Notes under the pieces: model-generated | Database searches by the model: none | Seen by the model: the letters and a program-made list of their open reading frames with translations, nothing else | Told to the model about the DNA's origin: nothing | In this document: positions 11,220-21,756 of the stretch, piece by piece | How positions within the stretch are numbered: the stretch's first letter is position 1 | How the letters are laid out: the number at the start of each line of letters is the position of its first letter | Assembly: GCA_963676915.2 (NCBI GenBank) | Contig: CAXXVK010000062.1 | Coordinates: forward strand, 72,342 to 136,341 | Reading direction: 5' to 3' | Source of the DNA: Myxococcota bacterium | Lineage (GTDB): Bacteria > Myxococcota_A > SURF-8 > G963663525 | Length of the DNA: 64,000 bases | Program-made: the position numbers and the translations under genes

Positions 11220-11261
11220 AAAAAACAATGAAAACGGGCATTGGATATAACTCGTTTTCAT
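11220..11261 (-). terminator. terminator-like hairpin inside the lysC 5' leader
   Basis: ATGAAAACG-16 nt-CGTTTTCAT followed by TGTTTTTT on the minus strand. Confidence 0.45.
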
Positions 11262-11299
11262 CCGACGTATAACTCCAACACGTCCAACGAAGGAACCCG

Positions 11300-11327
11300 A
11301 GTGTAACGGAATCGTATAAATTGTCAA
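11300..11327 (-). promoter_or_regulatory. putative sigma-70 promoter of the lysC operon
   Basis: TTGACA-N16-TACACT on the minus strand. Confidence 0.6.
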
Positions 11328-11378
11328 TTTTAGGGAACTAACGGAAAAAACGGGACTTTTTAGCGACAAACGAAGCCA

Positions 11379-12941
11379 TCAGGGCTGCATATCGATCAAC
11401 TTTTCAGGATCGACCAGAATCAGTTCGCCGACCGTCAATTTCAAACGATACAGTGCCACATAACGTATATTCCGTATACGCGCCAGTTCCTGTTGTCGAT
11501 GCAACAGAGCCGTCCAGCCACGTACAAATGAATCGAAGGAAAGATCTCCTTCGAGAAAGGCGTTTTTTTTAGCGAAGAAGTTGGCCGTTGCTCGCTCGTA
11601 TCCGCTTTCGACGAGTTCCAGAGTCTCTTTTGCCCGAACCGCTTCAGCACGAGCTTTGGCAATATCGACCTGCACGCCATCTTTTTGCGCATCTAGTTCC
11701 GCCTGTTGTCGTTCCAATTCCGCGTTGACGGCAGCGAGCTGGTAATACGTAGATCCCCACTCCCAGATACTCCAGTCGAGAGCCACCCCTCCATAGTACA
11801 GATTATTAGGCAAGAGTTGCCCTTGACCTACACGATATTCATAGCTTCCAAACAAGGAAAATTTCGGGATGAATTCTCCCAACGCCACGTTTCGTAAGGC
11901 ACGATGGGCAGAAATACGTTTACGAAGTCCGACAAAATCGGGACGTTGAGCAATACAACGCTCGACGAGTTCGTTTTCTTCGGAGGACAATAGATTTTCG
12001 TCCGGAAGATCCGGCATGACAGGCACAATATCTTCCAGGCTATTGTCGTCCATTAAAGCATGTAACGCCGCTGTGGCTACCTGTTTTTCGTATTCGGCGC
12101 GAATCGCGAAACGCTGGTAGCTTTCTTTCAGGTTTTCAAGCTCGAATCGTTCCTGTTCTGAAAACCATGGAACGGAAGGTGCTTTTTTCTGGAATTTTTC
12201 CGTTCTTTCTTCACCAAGCCACGTTTCCAGTTCTTGCAGTGCCCAACGGGAATATTCCTTGATTTCAGCCGCATAGATCAATCCAAAATACGCGGAAATG
12301 ACTTTCTCGGCCAGTTCATCCCGTTTCAAGGACGCTTCCAGTTTGCTGGCATCACGTAACCTGTTATAGGCTTTGTACTGAAAATAAGTACCAAACAAAT
12401 CGGTAATGGGCTGTTCGGCCGTAACATTCATTTCCAAAGTGAACTGATTGCGTAACTTGATGGAATGATTGAAATTTCCCTCATCATGATAGGTATTTAA
12501 CGCTGTGACCAGAGTCTGGGGTTGACCCAGTTCCGAGGAGATTTCATCCAACACTGGATCAAGCGGTTGAAACGAGCGCGCCGCATTGATCTTCGCGCGT
12601 AGAGGACTATCCCAGGCAGTGAGCCGGGATTGAGTGTAAACACGTGGAAAAAGTTTGGCGAACGTAGAAAGTGCCAGATTTTCTTTGATTTCCGCCTCGT
12701 AGCGTTCGACCGTCAACGATCTGTTTTCCGTGTACGTTTTGTGCAGGCATTCGTCCAATGACATTTCTCGGGACATTGCCTGAGAAGCAAATAGCCATAC
12801 CATTGAAATCATTACATAAAATGAAATTAGATTCAATCTGACTTCGAACATCGTCCGTTTCATTAGATTCCTCGGCTTTGTGCGTCGAAAATTCCGGTTG
12901 TCTGTTGGAACAAAGATTCCAAATAGAGAAGGAGATGTCAA
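11379..12941 (-). CDS. TolC-family outer membrane efflux protein (true start probably downstream of 12941)
   Basis: MSLDECL, FPRV, QPITD, RPDF, FIPKFSL, LDWSIWEWG pattern. Confidence 0.8.
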   Translation of the reverse strand: MTSPSLFGIFVPTDNRNFRRTKPRNLMKRTMFEVRLNLISFYVMISMVWLFASQAMSREMSLDECLHKTYTENRSLTVERYEAEIKENLALSTFAKLFPRVYTQSRLTAWDSPLRAKINAARSFQPLDPVLDEISSELGQPQTLVTALNTYHDEGNFNHSIKLRNQFTLEMNVTAEQPITDLFGTYFQYKAYNRLRDASKLEASLKRDELAEKVISAYFGLIYAAEIKEYSRWALQELETWLGEERTEKFQKKAPSVPWFSEQERFELENLKESYQRFAIRAEYEKQVATAALHALMDDNSLEDIVPVMPDLPDENLLSSEENELVERCIAQRPDFVGLRKRISAHRALRNVALGEFIPKFSLFGSYEYRVGQGQLLPNNLYYGGVALDWSIWEWGSTYYQLAAVNAELERQQAELDAQKDGVQVDIAKARAEAVRAKETLELVESGYERATANFFAKKNAFLEGDLSFDSFVRGWTALLHRQQELARIRNIRYVALYRLKLTVGELILVDPEKLIDMQP

Positions 12942-14623
12942 TCTTCCAGGAAGTAATTGAAATCTTCCGCTTCTTCTGCGTGGAGAATTTCGTGTACGTG
13001 GGCCGGACTTTTGGCCGTGAAAACCTGCTTCTGGATGTTTCGGTCGGCACCGATCGCTCGGGCCAGTGCGGCTAGTACTTCGAGGTGCCGGTCACGCTGG
13101 CTCGGTGGTGTGGCTAGGAGCACCATACAATGGACAGGCTTGCCGTCCGGTGTGGAAATTCGTAGCCCTTCCCTGCTGATTCCCATAGTCGCAATGATTT
13201 TGTCGCCTTTTTCGAGGATTCCATGGGGAATCGCCAGACCGGAACCGATGCACGTGGACATCTCTTCTTCTCGTTCAAGAATGGACTTTAACAGATGTTC
13301 CCGGTTGATTCGGGTATTGTGAGATTGAATCATCAGATCCAGCAATTGGCGGATGGCATCTTCTTTGTCTTTAGCTTTCATATCCACGACAATGTTCTCT
13401 TCGTGGATAAAATCGATCAGTCGGGCACGGTTTTTTCCGTAATCCCCTGATCGCACCAAAGAAAAGCGCGTCAGCACCGGACCGATGATTTCGTTGAAAA
13501 GCACCGATGTCAGTCCCACGGCGAGAAATAAATCTTTGATCGCAGCGAACTGCGGTTCCTCGTTAACGAGAATCAACAGACCTACGGCTACACCGGCTTG
13601 GGGAATCAATGCCGAGCCAAGGTATTGCCTTACCCGGTCGGTGGTTCCGGCGAGTTTCATGGCGAAATAACCTGAGGCGAGCTTTCCACCCATTCGTACA
13701 ACGACGATCACAAGGGCGATCAATCCTCCCGAAATGGCGTAATCCAGATTCAGTTTCATTCCCGCAAGGGTAAAGAAAATCGTAAAAATGGCATTTTCGA
13801 GATTGGCGAAGACCTTGTGGCCGATGTTGTCTTTTCCCGGTGAAAGATTCGACAGTGTCAGCCCCAGGAACATACTGGCTAACATCGTGGAAATATTCAT
13901 GTAATCGGCCAAACCAGTTACGATGAGAATTGCGGTTAGAGAAGCGGTGGTCAACTTTTCGGGACGAACGATTTTTCGCGTGCCGATAACGAGAATGATT
14001 CCGACGCTACCTCCGAGTAGAATTGAAGCTCCCAGTTGTTTCAAAGGAGATATCAGCACCAGCCACTCTGAATGCTGCCCGTTGATATCCAAACCGACTT
14101 TCGCCGCCGCATGGGCTATTTCGAAAAGCAGGATGCAGGCAAGGTTGTTCAACGCCACTGCGCCAACAAGCGTTTTGACGAACACACCTTTCGAACGGGT
14201 TTCGGCGATCAGTGCTACGATGGTAGCCGGAGCGGTCGAGACGGCCAACGCTCCCAGCATGACGCTCATCGTCCAATCCATCGAAGGAAACAGCAGCATC
14301 GCCAGGATGATCAATAGCGGCGTTAGAATTGATTCGAAGGCCAGAAGAATCAGCAACCGTTTGTAAGCGTTGCGAAGCTTTCGAAAATTCAGATGATTTC
14401 CGACGGCTACCGAAACAAGTCCCAAAGCGAAGTTGGTGATGGGTTGCAGGTCATCCACATGGCCGTATTGGAACAAGCCCAGGACAGACGGCCCGATCAG
14501 AAAACCCGCCACGATCTGCCCCGTAACCGAAGGCATACGAAAGCGTTTCACGATCGAACCCAAAAGGGTTCCGGCGATCAGGACAATGGAAACGACCAGG
14601 AGTGGATTCGCCGACTCAAGCAT
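12938..14623 (-). CDS. cation:proton antiporter fused to a PTS EIIA (Fru/Ntr-type) domain
   Basis: About 12 TM helices (GFLIGPSVLG, STAPA, PQAGVAVGL) plus C-terminal EREEEMSTCIGSGLAIPHG. Confidence 0.88.
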   Translation of the reverse strand: MLESANPLLVVSIVLIAGTLLGSIVKRFRMPSVTGQIVAGFLIGPSVLGLFQYGHVDDLQPITNFALGLVSVAVGNHLNFRKLRNAYKRLLILLAFESILTPLLIILAMLLFPSMDWTMSVMLGALAVSTAPATIVALIAETRSKGVFVKTLVGAVALNNLACILLFEIAHAAAKVGLDINGQHSEWLVLISPLKQLGASILLGGSVGIILVIGTRKIVRPEKLTTASLTAILIVTGLADYMNISTMLASMFLGLTLSNLSPGKDNIGHKVFANLENAIFTIFFTLAGMKLNLDYAISGGLIALVIVVVRMGGKLASGYFAMKLAGTTDRVRQYLGSALIPQAGVAVGLLILVNEEPQFAAIKDLFLAVGLTSVLFNEIIGPVLTRFSLVRSGDYGKNRARLIDFIHEENIVVDMKAKDKEDAIRQLLDLMIQSHNTRINREHLLKSILEREEEMSTCIGSGLAIPHGILEKGDKIIATMGISREGLRISTPDGKPVHCMVLLATPPSQRDRHLEVLAALARAIGADRNIQKQVFTAKSPAHVHEILHAEEAEDFNYFLED

Positions 14624-14716
14624 ACACGGTAGACCTTTTTCTTCGAAACATGGGAGACATTTCGAGAGTATACCTGAAATTTTACGGTTGTGTTCGAAAA
14701 ACAGACAGGAAAGGCG

Positions 14717-15259
14717 TCAATCGAGATTCACTCCCTGGGTAACGAAAGAGATCCCCTGTTGACCGCCAGTGGAAATCACCACGCATTCGATCACGGGTTT
14801 CGTAACCTTGCGGTCGCTCATCCACTCCACCACGAAATTGGCTCCCGAACCTCCAACTTTGTCTCTGGCGCCTACGATATATTCCAAGGTAGACATGGGA
14901 GGCAGACGCACGGGAGATTCGAGGTATTCCCTCAATAACTTCCCGGAAGTATTGTAGTATTGGACGGACCGAATATAAATGGACTCGTTGATATCCGTGT
15001 TGCGAAGACTCAACGTGTTGGTCAGGTAAAAAATATCACCGTCGCGGTGGTAAATATGGGAATACACTGGAACGTATACCCTGTGACCGTCCACTCTGTT
15101 CATTTTTTGAAAGTTTTCCGAGGCTACCGCTTCTGCGCCCGCTCTCTCTAGGGCTGTTGCATTCGCCGGATGTCGCGAATCGCTTTTCTTGCACCCAAAC
15201 GATCCCAAAAGAACGATAATCAGTACTGCCAACAAGTAAAAGCGTTGTTTTCCGAGCAT
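14717..15259 (-). CDS. DUF3124-family lipoprotein
   Basis: VYVPVYSHIY, LSLRNTD, GGSGANFVVEW; lipobox SFGC after the ATG at 15259. Confidence 0.8.
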   Translation of the reverse strand: MLGKQRFYLLAVLIIVLLGSFGCKKSDSRHPANATALERAGAEAVASENFQKMNRVDGHRVYVPVYSHIYHRDGDIFYLTNTLSLRNTDINESIYIRSVQYYNTSGKLLREYLESPVRLPPMSTLEYIVGARDKVGGSGANFVVEWMSDRKVTKPVIECVVISTGGQQGISFVTQGVNLD

Positions 15260-15342
15260 TGGTTTATTACCTTTGCGCTTTGGTTTCTCGAATGAAATCA
15301 AGTTTCCGCTTTCAAACAGCTTTCGTTGGCGTGAAAACCGAT

Positions 15343-17031
15343 TCATTCGCTTTCGTTTTCTTCCGACTCTTCATCAACAGGTTCCTCGGAAGTTTGTTCC
15401 ATCAGGAAACGAACGTTCGACAAGGAAATAGGTCCGTGTTTCAAGACGTTTTCGTGGAACGTCATGGGATCGAAATCGTCCCCGGCTTTTTTCTTTTCAT
15501 CTTCGGCCAGTTGAATGAAATCGAGGTATCCAAGAACCGGTCCTAAAGCCTTTGCCGGATTCAAGCAGGCAAGCCGTACTTCCTTTTCGGCGTGAGTTTC
15601 TTTCAATCCGCATTGATCGACCAGCATTGCGGTGGCTTCCTTGAATGAAAGCGTATGACAATGCAGTCCGATATCGATTTTCGCCAGACAGGCTCTCCAA
15701 TAGCGATGATGAAGTTGCAAGAGGCGGGTTTCCGGTTTAACGAAAAGCCCTTCATTTTTCATCACTTCTTCGCAATACAGCGCCCAGCCGCCGTTAAAAG
15801 ATGGATTTTCGGCAAGAAAACGTATCGGTCGTTGTACTTTGGCGTGAAACTCGTTTCTCAGGTGGTCACCAGGGAAAATATGCCGACTGACAACGAGGTT
15901 CAGAGCATCGCGGGGATGGCCGCGCAACAGTTTTTCGGCTTTGGCACGAGCAAGGTTTTTCGGAACCGTCACCCATACCGTTCCTTTGCGGTTCTCGCTC
16001 AGGATATCGAGTTCGCCGTATTGACTGAACGTGATTTCCGGCTCCAGAATCCCGATGCTGGGCTGCAACAGCGGAGCATCCAAATCCTCCGCCAGAGGGA
16101 ACATTTTTAGTTTATCGAGAAAGCGACGTACCCTCTTGATTTCATTGGTATACGACGAAACCAGGTAGCGAGCGGTGGGGTGATCTTTTTCGATCTTCTC
16201 GAAAAGATCCTTCCATTTGGCATCTTTTTTGATCTCTCCGGCAGTCGCCTGCATTTCTTTTTCGGTGGAAGCAATCAGATCATCGACTGCTTTTTCCGCG
16301 ACATCATATTTGTTTCCGTATTGTAGTTGCGCATGAAGCAAGGTGTTGTACAGAGTTTTTCCAACGCAATAAGCTTTGTTGTCATCCGGAAGGGATTCAT
16401 CTTTCAACCAGGTTTCGAACTCCTGGAGTTGGAAAAACAACGAGGTGGCTTCTTCCATGAATGTTTCACGAAGCGTGCCCGTGAGACGCTCTCCGAACTC
16501 GATAACGTCAAGCCGGAAGAAATCGAGAGCGCCCGAGACAGACTCCAACGTCATATCGATAAAAGGCTGAGGTGGTTTATTGACATTGCGCATGGCCTGT
16601 CGAAGGAGCGTTGGTGCCTGAACCATTCGACGAAGGGCCGAAATTCCACGTTCTTTGGTCGTTCCGTAATTGTTGGCAATGATGGAATATACACCAAGCA
16701 CCACCTGGTCGAGATATACCCCCGGATGGCAGGAATAGAGTTTACACTTCTGCAAATCCAGCAATTCGACATCGATAGCTGCGATGGACAATTCGTGATC
16801 CACCTGGTTGTCCGGTTGCAGGAAACGGCGGTTGATCTTCTTGAGCTTGTTTTTCAGATCGATCAGTCGTTTTTCTCGCCGTTGCATGGCTTTGGGAGCG
16901 AAATCCGTCAGGTCTTCATCCTGGGCACTGTGCAGCCCCAGCATCGTTGCACGAACCGGATTTTGTCGAATGAGAACCTGAAGGAGTTGATCGAGCAGTT
17001 TTTCAAATTCGATTTCTCTTGCATTGGTCAT
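15343..17031 (-). CDS. DUF885-family protein
   Basis: PVRATMLG, HIFPGDH, GWALYCE, FHENVLKHG. Confidence 0.75.
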   Translation of the reverse strand: MTNAREIEFEKLLDQLLQVLIRQNPVRATMLGLHSAQDEDLTDFAPKAMQRREKRLIDLKNKLKKINRRFLQPDNQVDHELSIAAIDVELLDLQKCKLYSCHPGVYLDQVVLGVYSIIANNYGTTKERGISALRRMVQAPTLLRQAMRNVNKPPQPFIDMTLESVSGALDFFRLDVIEFGERLTGTLRETFMEEATSLFFQLQEFETWLKDESLPDDNKAYCVGKTLYNTLLHAQLQYGNKYDVAEKAVDDLIASTEKEMQATAGEIKKDAKWKDLFEKIEKDHPTARYLVSSYTNEIKRVRRFLDKLKMFPLAEDLDAPLLQPSIGILEPEITFSQYGELDILSENRKGTVWVTVPKNLARAKAEKLLRGHPRDALNLVVSRHIFPGDHLRNEFHAKVQRPIRFLAENPSFNGGWALYCEEVMKNEGLFVKPETRLLQLHHRYWRACLAKIDIGLHCHTLSFKEATAMLVDQCGLKETHAEKEVRLACLNPAKALGPVLGYLDFIQLAEDEKKKAGDDFDPMTFHENVLKHGPISLSNVRFLMEQTSEEPVDEESEENESE

Positions 17032-17346
17032 CGTGAACCTTCTCCTTGCAGATTCTAGAGCGTTTTTCCATCAAATTCGACCGGGATAGCGGGTAATCCC
17101 AATGGAAGTTCATCCGATTTAAACCGTACTTCGGTTTTCCTCCCCAACTATAATTGAACCCAGTCGAGCCGTGTCAAGATATCGCACGAAAGAAACGCTA
17201 GAAGCAAGACGTATTTCTATCGTTTTTTGCAAATTCCCGTCTTTCATGACATTTTCTCGTCAGGTGACGGAAAACGGTTGGGCAAACCACCGATTCAAAG
17301 TACACTATTTATCAATTGAAACTCGTCCGTACTTTCTCCAGGGAGA

Positions 17347-18177
17347 ATGCCTGTGAGTATCTCGAACGAAATTACGCTCGCCAAAGAGGCTATTCAGGAA
17401 AAAATGGGAGAAATCCCTTCCATCGCCGTGACATTGGGGTCCGGGTTGGGAGCATTGACGGAACACATGGAAGATACCCGCGAACTTCCGTATTCCGACA
17501 TCCCTGGGTTCGTCCAGTCCTCCGTGGCCGGTCATCTTGGAAGCCTGATTACAGGCCGGATCGATGAAACGGAAATCGTATGTCTTTCCGGTAGGATACA
17601 CCTTTACGAAGGCTATTCTCCCCAGCAAGTTGTTTTTGCCACGCGAGTATTGGGAGCTTGCGGCGTCAAAACGCTTCTACTGACCAACGCCGCCGGGGGG
17701 ATCAATCCGTCGTTTCGTGCCGGTGACGTGATGGAGATCGTCGATCATCTCAATTTTTCCGGGAAGAACCCACTAACCGGACCGAATGACGACACCCTCG
17801 GTCCGCGTTTCCCGGATCTTGGTAACATCTACAATGGGAATCTTCGCGAAAAACTGCGTCAAAGCGCTTCCGATACCGGCTTGCAACTGCGATCGGGTGT
17901 ATACGCCTGCATGCTCGGTCCGTCGTACGAAACACCGGCAGAAATCCGTATGTTGGCACGATTGGGGGCGGATGCCGTCGGGATGAGCACCGTTCCCGAA
18001 GCGATTGCCGCTCACCACATGGGAATCGAAGTGGCCGGGTTGTCGTTGATTACCAACCTGGCCGCCGGAATTTCCTCAACGGCTTTGTCGCACGAAGAAG
18101 TTACCCTCGCCGCTCGGGACGCTTCTCGGAAAATGATTGCTCTCGTAACCTCATTCCTTGGAAAGTTGCACCCGTGA
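17347..18177 (+). CDS. punA: purine-nucleoside phosphorylase (PNP I / xapA family)
   Basis: LGSGLG, GRIHLYEGY, TNAAGG, GPSYETPAE, VGMSTVPE. Confidence 0.92.
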   Translation: MPVSISNEITLAKEAIQEKMGEIPSIAVTLGSGLGALTEHMEDTRELPYSDIPGFVQSSVAGHLGSLITGRIDETEIVCLSGRIHLYEGYSPQQVVFATRVLGACGVKTLLLTNAAGGINPSFRAGDVMEIVDHLNFSGKNPLTGPNDDTLGPRFPDLGNIYNGNLREKLRQSASDTGLQLRSGVYACMLGPSYETPAEIRMLARLGADAVGMSTVPEAIAAHHMGIEVAGLSLITNLAAGISSTALSHEEVTLAARDASRKMIALVTSFLGKLHP

Positions 18178-19448
18178 CCGGACCGATGTTTATTGGCGGA
18201 AGAACTCCGCAAGTCCTTGATTACGAACAGATTGCCGAGCTGGAAGAAGCCCGGCGTTTCCTTCATTTTCTCAAACGACCACCACATATTACTTACGGGT
18301 TGTTGGGATTGATGGTGGTGTATTTCATCACGACGTTGTTCATGACTCCTTCGATGTTCGATGCTCTGACACAACCTGAAATGATGACTCCTGCCCTCTT
18401 GCGCCTGGGAGCGAAATTTCCTCCACTGATGGAGCAAGGGCAATGGTGGCGAACGATTACCGCGTTATTTTTGCACGGTGGTCTGGTGCATCTTCTGCTG
18501 AATGGTTTTTCCCTTTACTCCGTGGGAATGATTGCGGAAAACCTGTACGGAAAACCTCGCTATATTCTGCTTTTTTTTCTAACGGGAGTTTTGAGTATTC
18601 TGGCCAGCTACTGGACTTCGGCCAGCATTTCCGTGGGAGCCAGCGGCGCGATTTTCGGAATTGTCGGAGCCTTGGCTACCATCGGCCAGATTCGTAAAAA
18701 GGTGATTCCCGTTCGCTTTCGAGTGGCTTTCGGACGAAATCTGCTGTTTTTGATCGGATTGAACCTCGTGGTGTTGATGGGAGTTCCACGCATCGACCAC
18801 GCCGCTCACATCGCCGGTTTGCTTGGTGGCGTAGGATTTGCCTTTCTCTTCAAAGACAAACTTCTGCCTCCTGTGAAATCGCGCCGCCACATTCTGCGCA
18901 TTCAGATTTTTTCCGCCACGACAGCCTTGGTCGCAGTCATCGCTTTGTTGTTTGGAGGATTGCACGCCGCAGGAAATCAGGCGATGCCATTTCCTGATAA
19001 TACCGAATACCGGGAGTTGGACGACCTTGGGATTTCCATCGAAGTTCTACCCGGCATGGAAGAACTTCGCGACACTGCGTTTCCCAACCTCGTCAGTTTC
19101 ATCGAACCGGGGACGCTTTTTGCCGTCGAAGTCGGCTTGCTGGCACCCCGCTTCGAGGATCGACACGAAGCCATGCGCTGGATGCTTGCGACCATGCGTA
19201 ATCTATATGGAGACAGGTTGCTGAAAATCACGATCGATCCCGTCTCTGACGGCAACCTGGACGGTCGAAGAGCGTGGGGCTACATTATGGATTATTCCAT
19301 CAAAGGGCTAGGAGAACGAAAAGAGCAACAGTGGATCGCAACGACAAGCGACAAAACCCTGTTGTTGACCTGTAGTAGCCCCAACGTTTTGTTTCCTTCA
19401 ATGGGAACATGGTGCGATTCTATACGACGAAGCGTGACGTATCGGTAA
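18174..19448 (+). CDS. rhomboid intramembrane serine protease with C-terminal soluble domain
   Basis: WWRTITALFLH, GASGAIFG (catalytic Ser), HAAHIAG (catalytic His). Confidence 0.9.
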   Translation: MTGPMFIGGRTPQVLDYEQIAELEEARRFLHFLKRPPHITYGLLGLMVVYFITTLFMTPSMFDALTQPEMMTPALLRLGAKFPPLMEQGQWWRTITALFLHGGLVHLLLNGFSLYSVGMIAENLYGKPRYILLFFLTGVLSILASYWTSASISVGASGAIFGIVGALATIGQIRKKVIPVRFRVAFGRNLLFLIGLNLVVLMGVPRIDHAAHIAGLLGGVGFAFLFKDKLLPPVKSRRHILRIQIFSATTALVAVIALLFGGLHAAGNQAMPFPDNTEYRELDDLGISIEVLPGMEELRDTAFPNLVSFIEPGTLFAVEVGLLAPRFEDRHEAMRWMLATMRNLYGDRLLKITIDPVSDGNLDGRRAWGYIMDYSIKGLGERKEQQWIATTSDKTLLLTCSSPNVLFPSMGTWCDSIRRSVTYR

Positions 19449-19569
19449 AAGTCCCGAAAAATCGTCCCTTTTCGCGAACGAATGTGCTACTTTTTTTTGA
19501 CAGATTTACGCCCGTTCGCCTGTCGGCGTGAGATAATTTTCCTTCGAACCTACGAAAGCGAACGTTCCA

Positions 19570-20406
19570 ATGCCCCAACCCACCGTCATGGATATTTTGA
19601 AAGCGTTGCCGAGAACCAACTGCCGGGAGTGCGGTCAGGCCAGTTGTCTTGCTTTTGCCGCCATGCTTCAAAAAAGCGAGATTGGTGCGGCGAAATGTCC
19701 GTATCTTCCGAAGGGTCAGTTCGATGACATTCAAAAAGAGGAAATTTCTTCCGCTGCCGAAGAAATGATCGCCCGCCGTGACGAAATCGTGGACGACATG
19801 AAAAACAGGATTCGCGCTCTCGATTTCAAGGAAATCGCTCCGAAGCTGGGCGCGGATATTTCTGCTGATGGAAATCTCGTGCTTCGTTGTCTGGGACGCA
19901 ATTTCGAATTGGACTCGCAAGGCGAGTTGCATTCCGAATGTCACGTCAACAACTGGGTCCATCTGCCGTTGATCAACTACACCGTACGAGGAAAAGGTAA
20001 AGATCCGACCGGCAAGTGGGTCAGGTTCGCCCAATTGAAAAACTCCGCCGATTGGATTCGTTTTTTCGAGCATCGCTGCGAGCGAGGAATGCGAACGTTG
20101 GCCGAGAAAACACCGGATCTATTTTTCGATAGTCTGCTCTTGTTTTCCGCACGTCCGGCGGTTGCAAATTCAGGCGAGGCGTTCGCCCACGCCGATTACG
20201 CCGTGGTGCTCGATCCGCTTCCCAAACTTCCCGTGCTGTTGGCTTATTGGAAAGCCGAGGGAGAGTTCGACTCGACGTTTTCCCTGTTTTTCGACCGTTC
20301 TGCTGAGGAAAATCTTGGAGCGGAAGCGATATATATGCTCGTGACCGGTTGGCTGGAAATGATGAAGCGCATCATGGCCCGGCACTCGTTCATGGATCGT
20401 TCGTAA
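19570..20406 (+). CDS. Fe-S domain / DUF3786 protein
   Basis: N-terminal LPRTNCRECGQASCLAFA...CPYL; DUF3786-like C-terminus (PLPKLPVLL, LFFDRSA). Confidence 0.75.
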   Translation: MPQPTVMDILKALPRTNCRECGQASCLAFAAMLQKSEIGAAKCPYLPKGQFDDIQKEEISSAAEEMIARRDEIVDDMKNRIRALDFKEIAPKLGADISADGNLVLRCLGRNFELDSQGELHSECHVNNWVHLPLINYTVRGKGKDPTGKWVRFAQLKNSADWIRFFEHRCERGMRTLAEKTPDLFFDSLLLFSARPAVANSGEAFAHADYAVVLDPLPKLPVLLAYWKAEGEFDSTFSLFFDRSAEENLGAEAIYMLVTGWLEMMKRIMARHSFMDRS

Positions 20407-20444
20407 TCAGGCAACCTATTGGAATTCAAGGATAAAACGCTCCA

Positions 20445-21368
20445 TCAGCGATTGATCAAGACCTCAAATCCCGCCTTTTCGAAATAGCGACACACGGTTG
20501 CCAATTGATCAGGGGATAAATCGCCGAAATCTCGGTATCGGTTCCCTCGACCGGTTTTTTGCCACTTGGATTTTGCAAGACGATTGTAAGGCATCAAGTG
20601 AACCGGAGCGCTGTATTTGGTGTCTTTGAGAAAAGTGACAAAGTTTTCAAGGACATCCGAATCGGTTTGCACACCGGGAATCACGGGGATTCTGGCCAAA
20701 ACCTTTTCTTTTTCACCTTGAGCGATCAGAAAGCGAAAATTTTCCAGAATTCTTTCGTTTCCAACTCCCGTCCAGTGTTTATGACCTTCAAAATCGACCC
20801 GTTTGAGATCGAACAGAAACAAGTCCACGAGATCGAGGAGTTTTCCCCGTAGTTTTTCGGAAAAGATACCGCTGGTTTCCAAGGCCGTATGAATTCCCTC
20901 ATTCCGGCACGCCTGCAAACATGCGATGAGAAAATCCGCCTGTTGAGTGGCTTCTCCGCCGGAAAACGTCACGCCGCCCCCGGATGTTTCGTAAAACGGC
21001 TTATCCTTGAGCACTTCAAGCACGACATCTTCAACAGACAATCGTTTCCCCACGATTTCCACGGCTTCGTTGGGGCAGTTTTCAGCACAAGTTCCGCAAA
21101 CGGTACAAAGGTTCGGATGATGTTGAATCCTGCCGGATTCCAAGGAAATCGCGGAATTCGGACAGGATTCGATGCATATCCCGCAGGATTGACACCGTTC
21201 CTCCAGCCATGTGCGTTCGAGGTTCGGCTTCCAGGATTCAGGGTTGTGGCACCAGGCGCAGGAGAGAGGGCAGCCTTTGAAAAAAACGGTCGTTCGAATT
21301 CCCGGACCGTCGAAGGTCGAGTAATTCTGGATATCGAAGACGATCCCCTGCACCTCGCGGGAGTCCAT
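20445..21368 (-). CDS. glycyl-radical enzyme activating protein (radical SAM with ferredoxin insert)
   Basis: DGPGIRTTVFFKGCPLSCAWCHNPES; two CxxCxxCxxxCP motifs; GGVTFSGGE. Confidence 0.92.
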   Translation of the reverse strand: MDSREVQGIVFDIQNYSTFDGPGIRTTVFFKGCPLSCAWCHNPESWKPNLERTWLEERCQSCGICIESCPNSAISLESGRIQHHPNLCTVCGTCAENCPNEAVEIVGKRLSVEDVVLEVLKDKPFYETSGGGVTFSGGEATQQADFLIACLQACRNEGIHTALETSGIFSEKLRGKLLDLVDLFLFDLKRVDFEGHKHWTGVGNERILENFRFLIAQGEKEKVLARIPVIPGVQTDSDVLENFVTFLKDTKYSAPVHLMPYNRLAKSKWQKTGRGNRYRDFGDLSPDQLATVCRYFEKAGFEVLINR

Positions 21369-21756
21369 GGAAATTCCTTTGTTTCATCGTGAAAACGCTT
21401 GGTGTATATCATAAAAGATCTTGAAAATTCAAGCGTTTCTGAGTTGTAACGCTTTTTACCATGGAAAATTCGCATGTCGGATGATTCTTTACCCGAACAT
21501 CAGAACGACACTACGGAACAGGAAACGGCTCGTTCGATAGAAAGCCATATTTTGTAAAATATCCGTCGTCTAACAAGCAATTCTGCCGGGATATCCGAAC
21601 GACATCCTGGAAGATACCGACGACAGACCAACCCCGTGATTTTTCACAGGGTTTGACATCCACCGTCGAATGGGCGAAAGTGAATGATCTGGTTCGGTAC
21701 TCCGAAGATTTTTTTTCGGACCCCGGTAAGCAGGACACTACAAACGGAGGAATTCC

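Noticed and set aside
10160-11272. Long antisense ORFs (also 31579-32877, 34705-35688, 42798-43739, 56270-57082)
   Set aside because: Shadow frames opposite well-supported genes, with no recognisable motifs.
11195-11378. Canonical lysine riboswitch
   Set aside because: The leader is only ~100 nt and I do not see the L-box conserved core.
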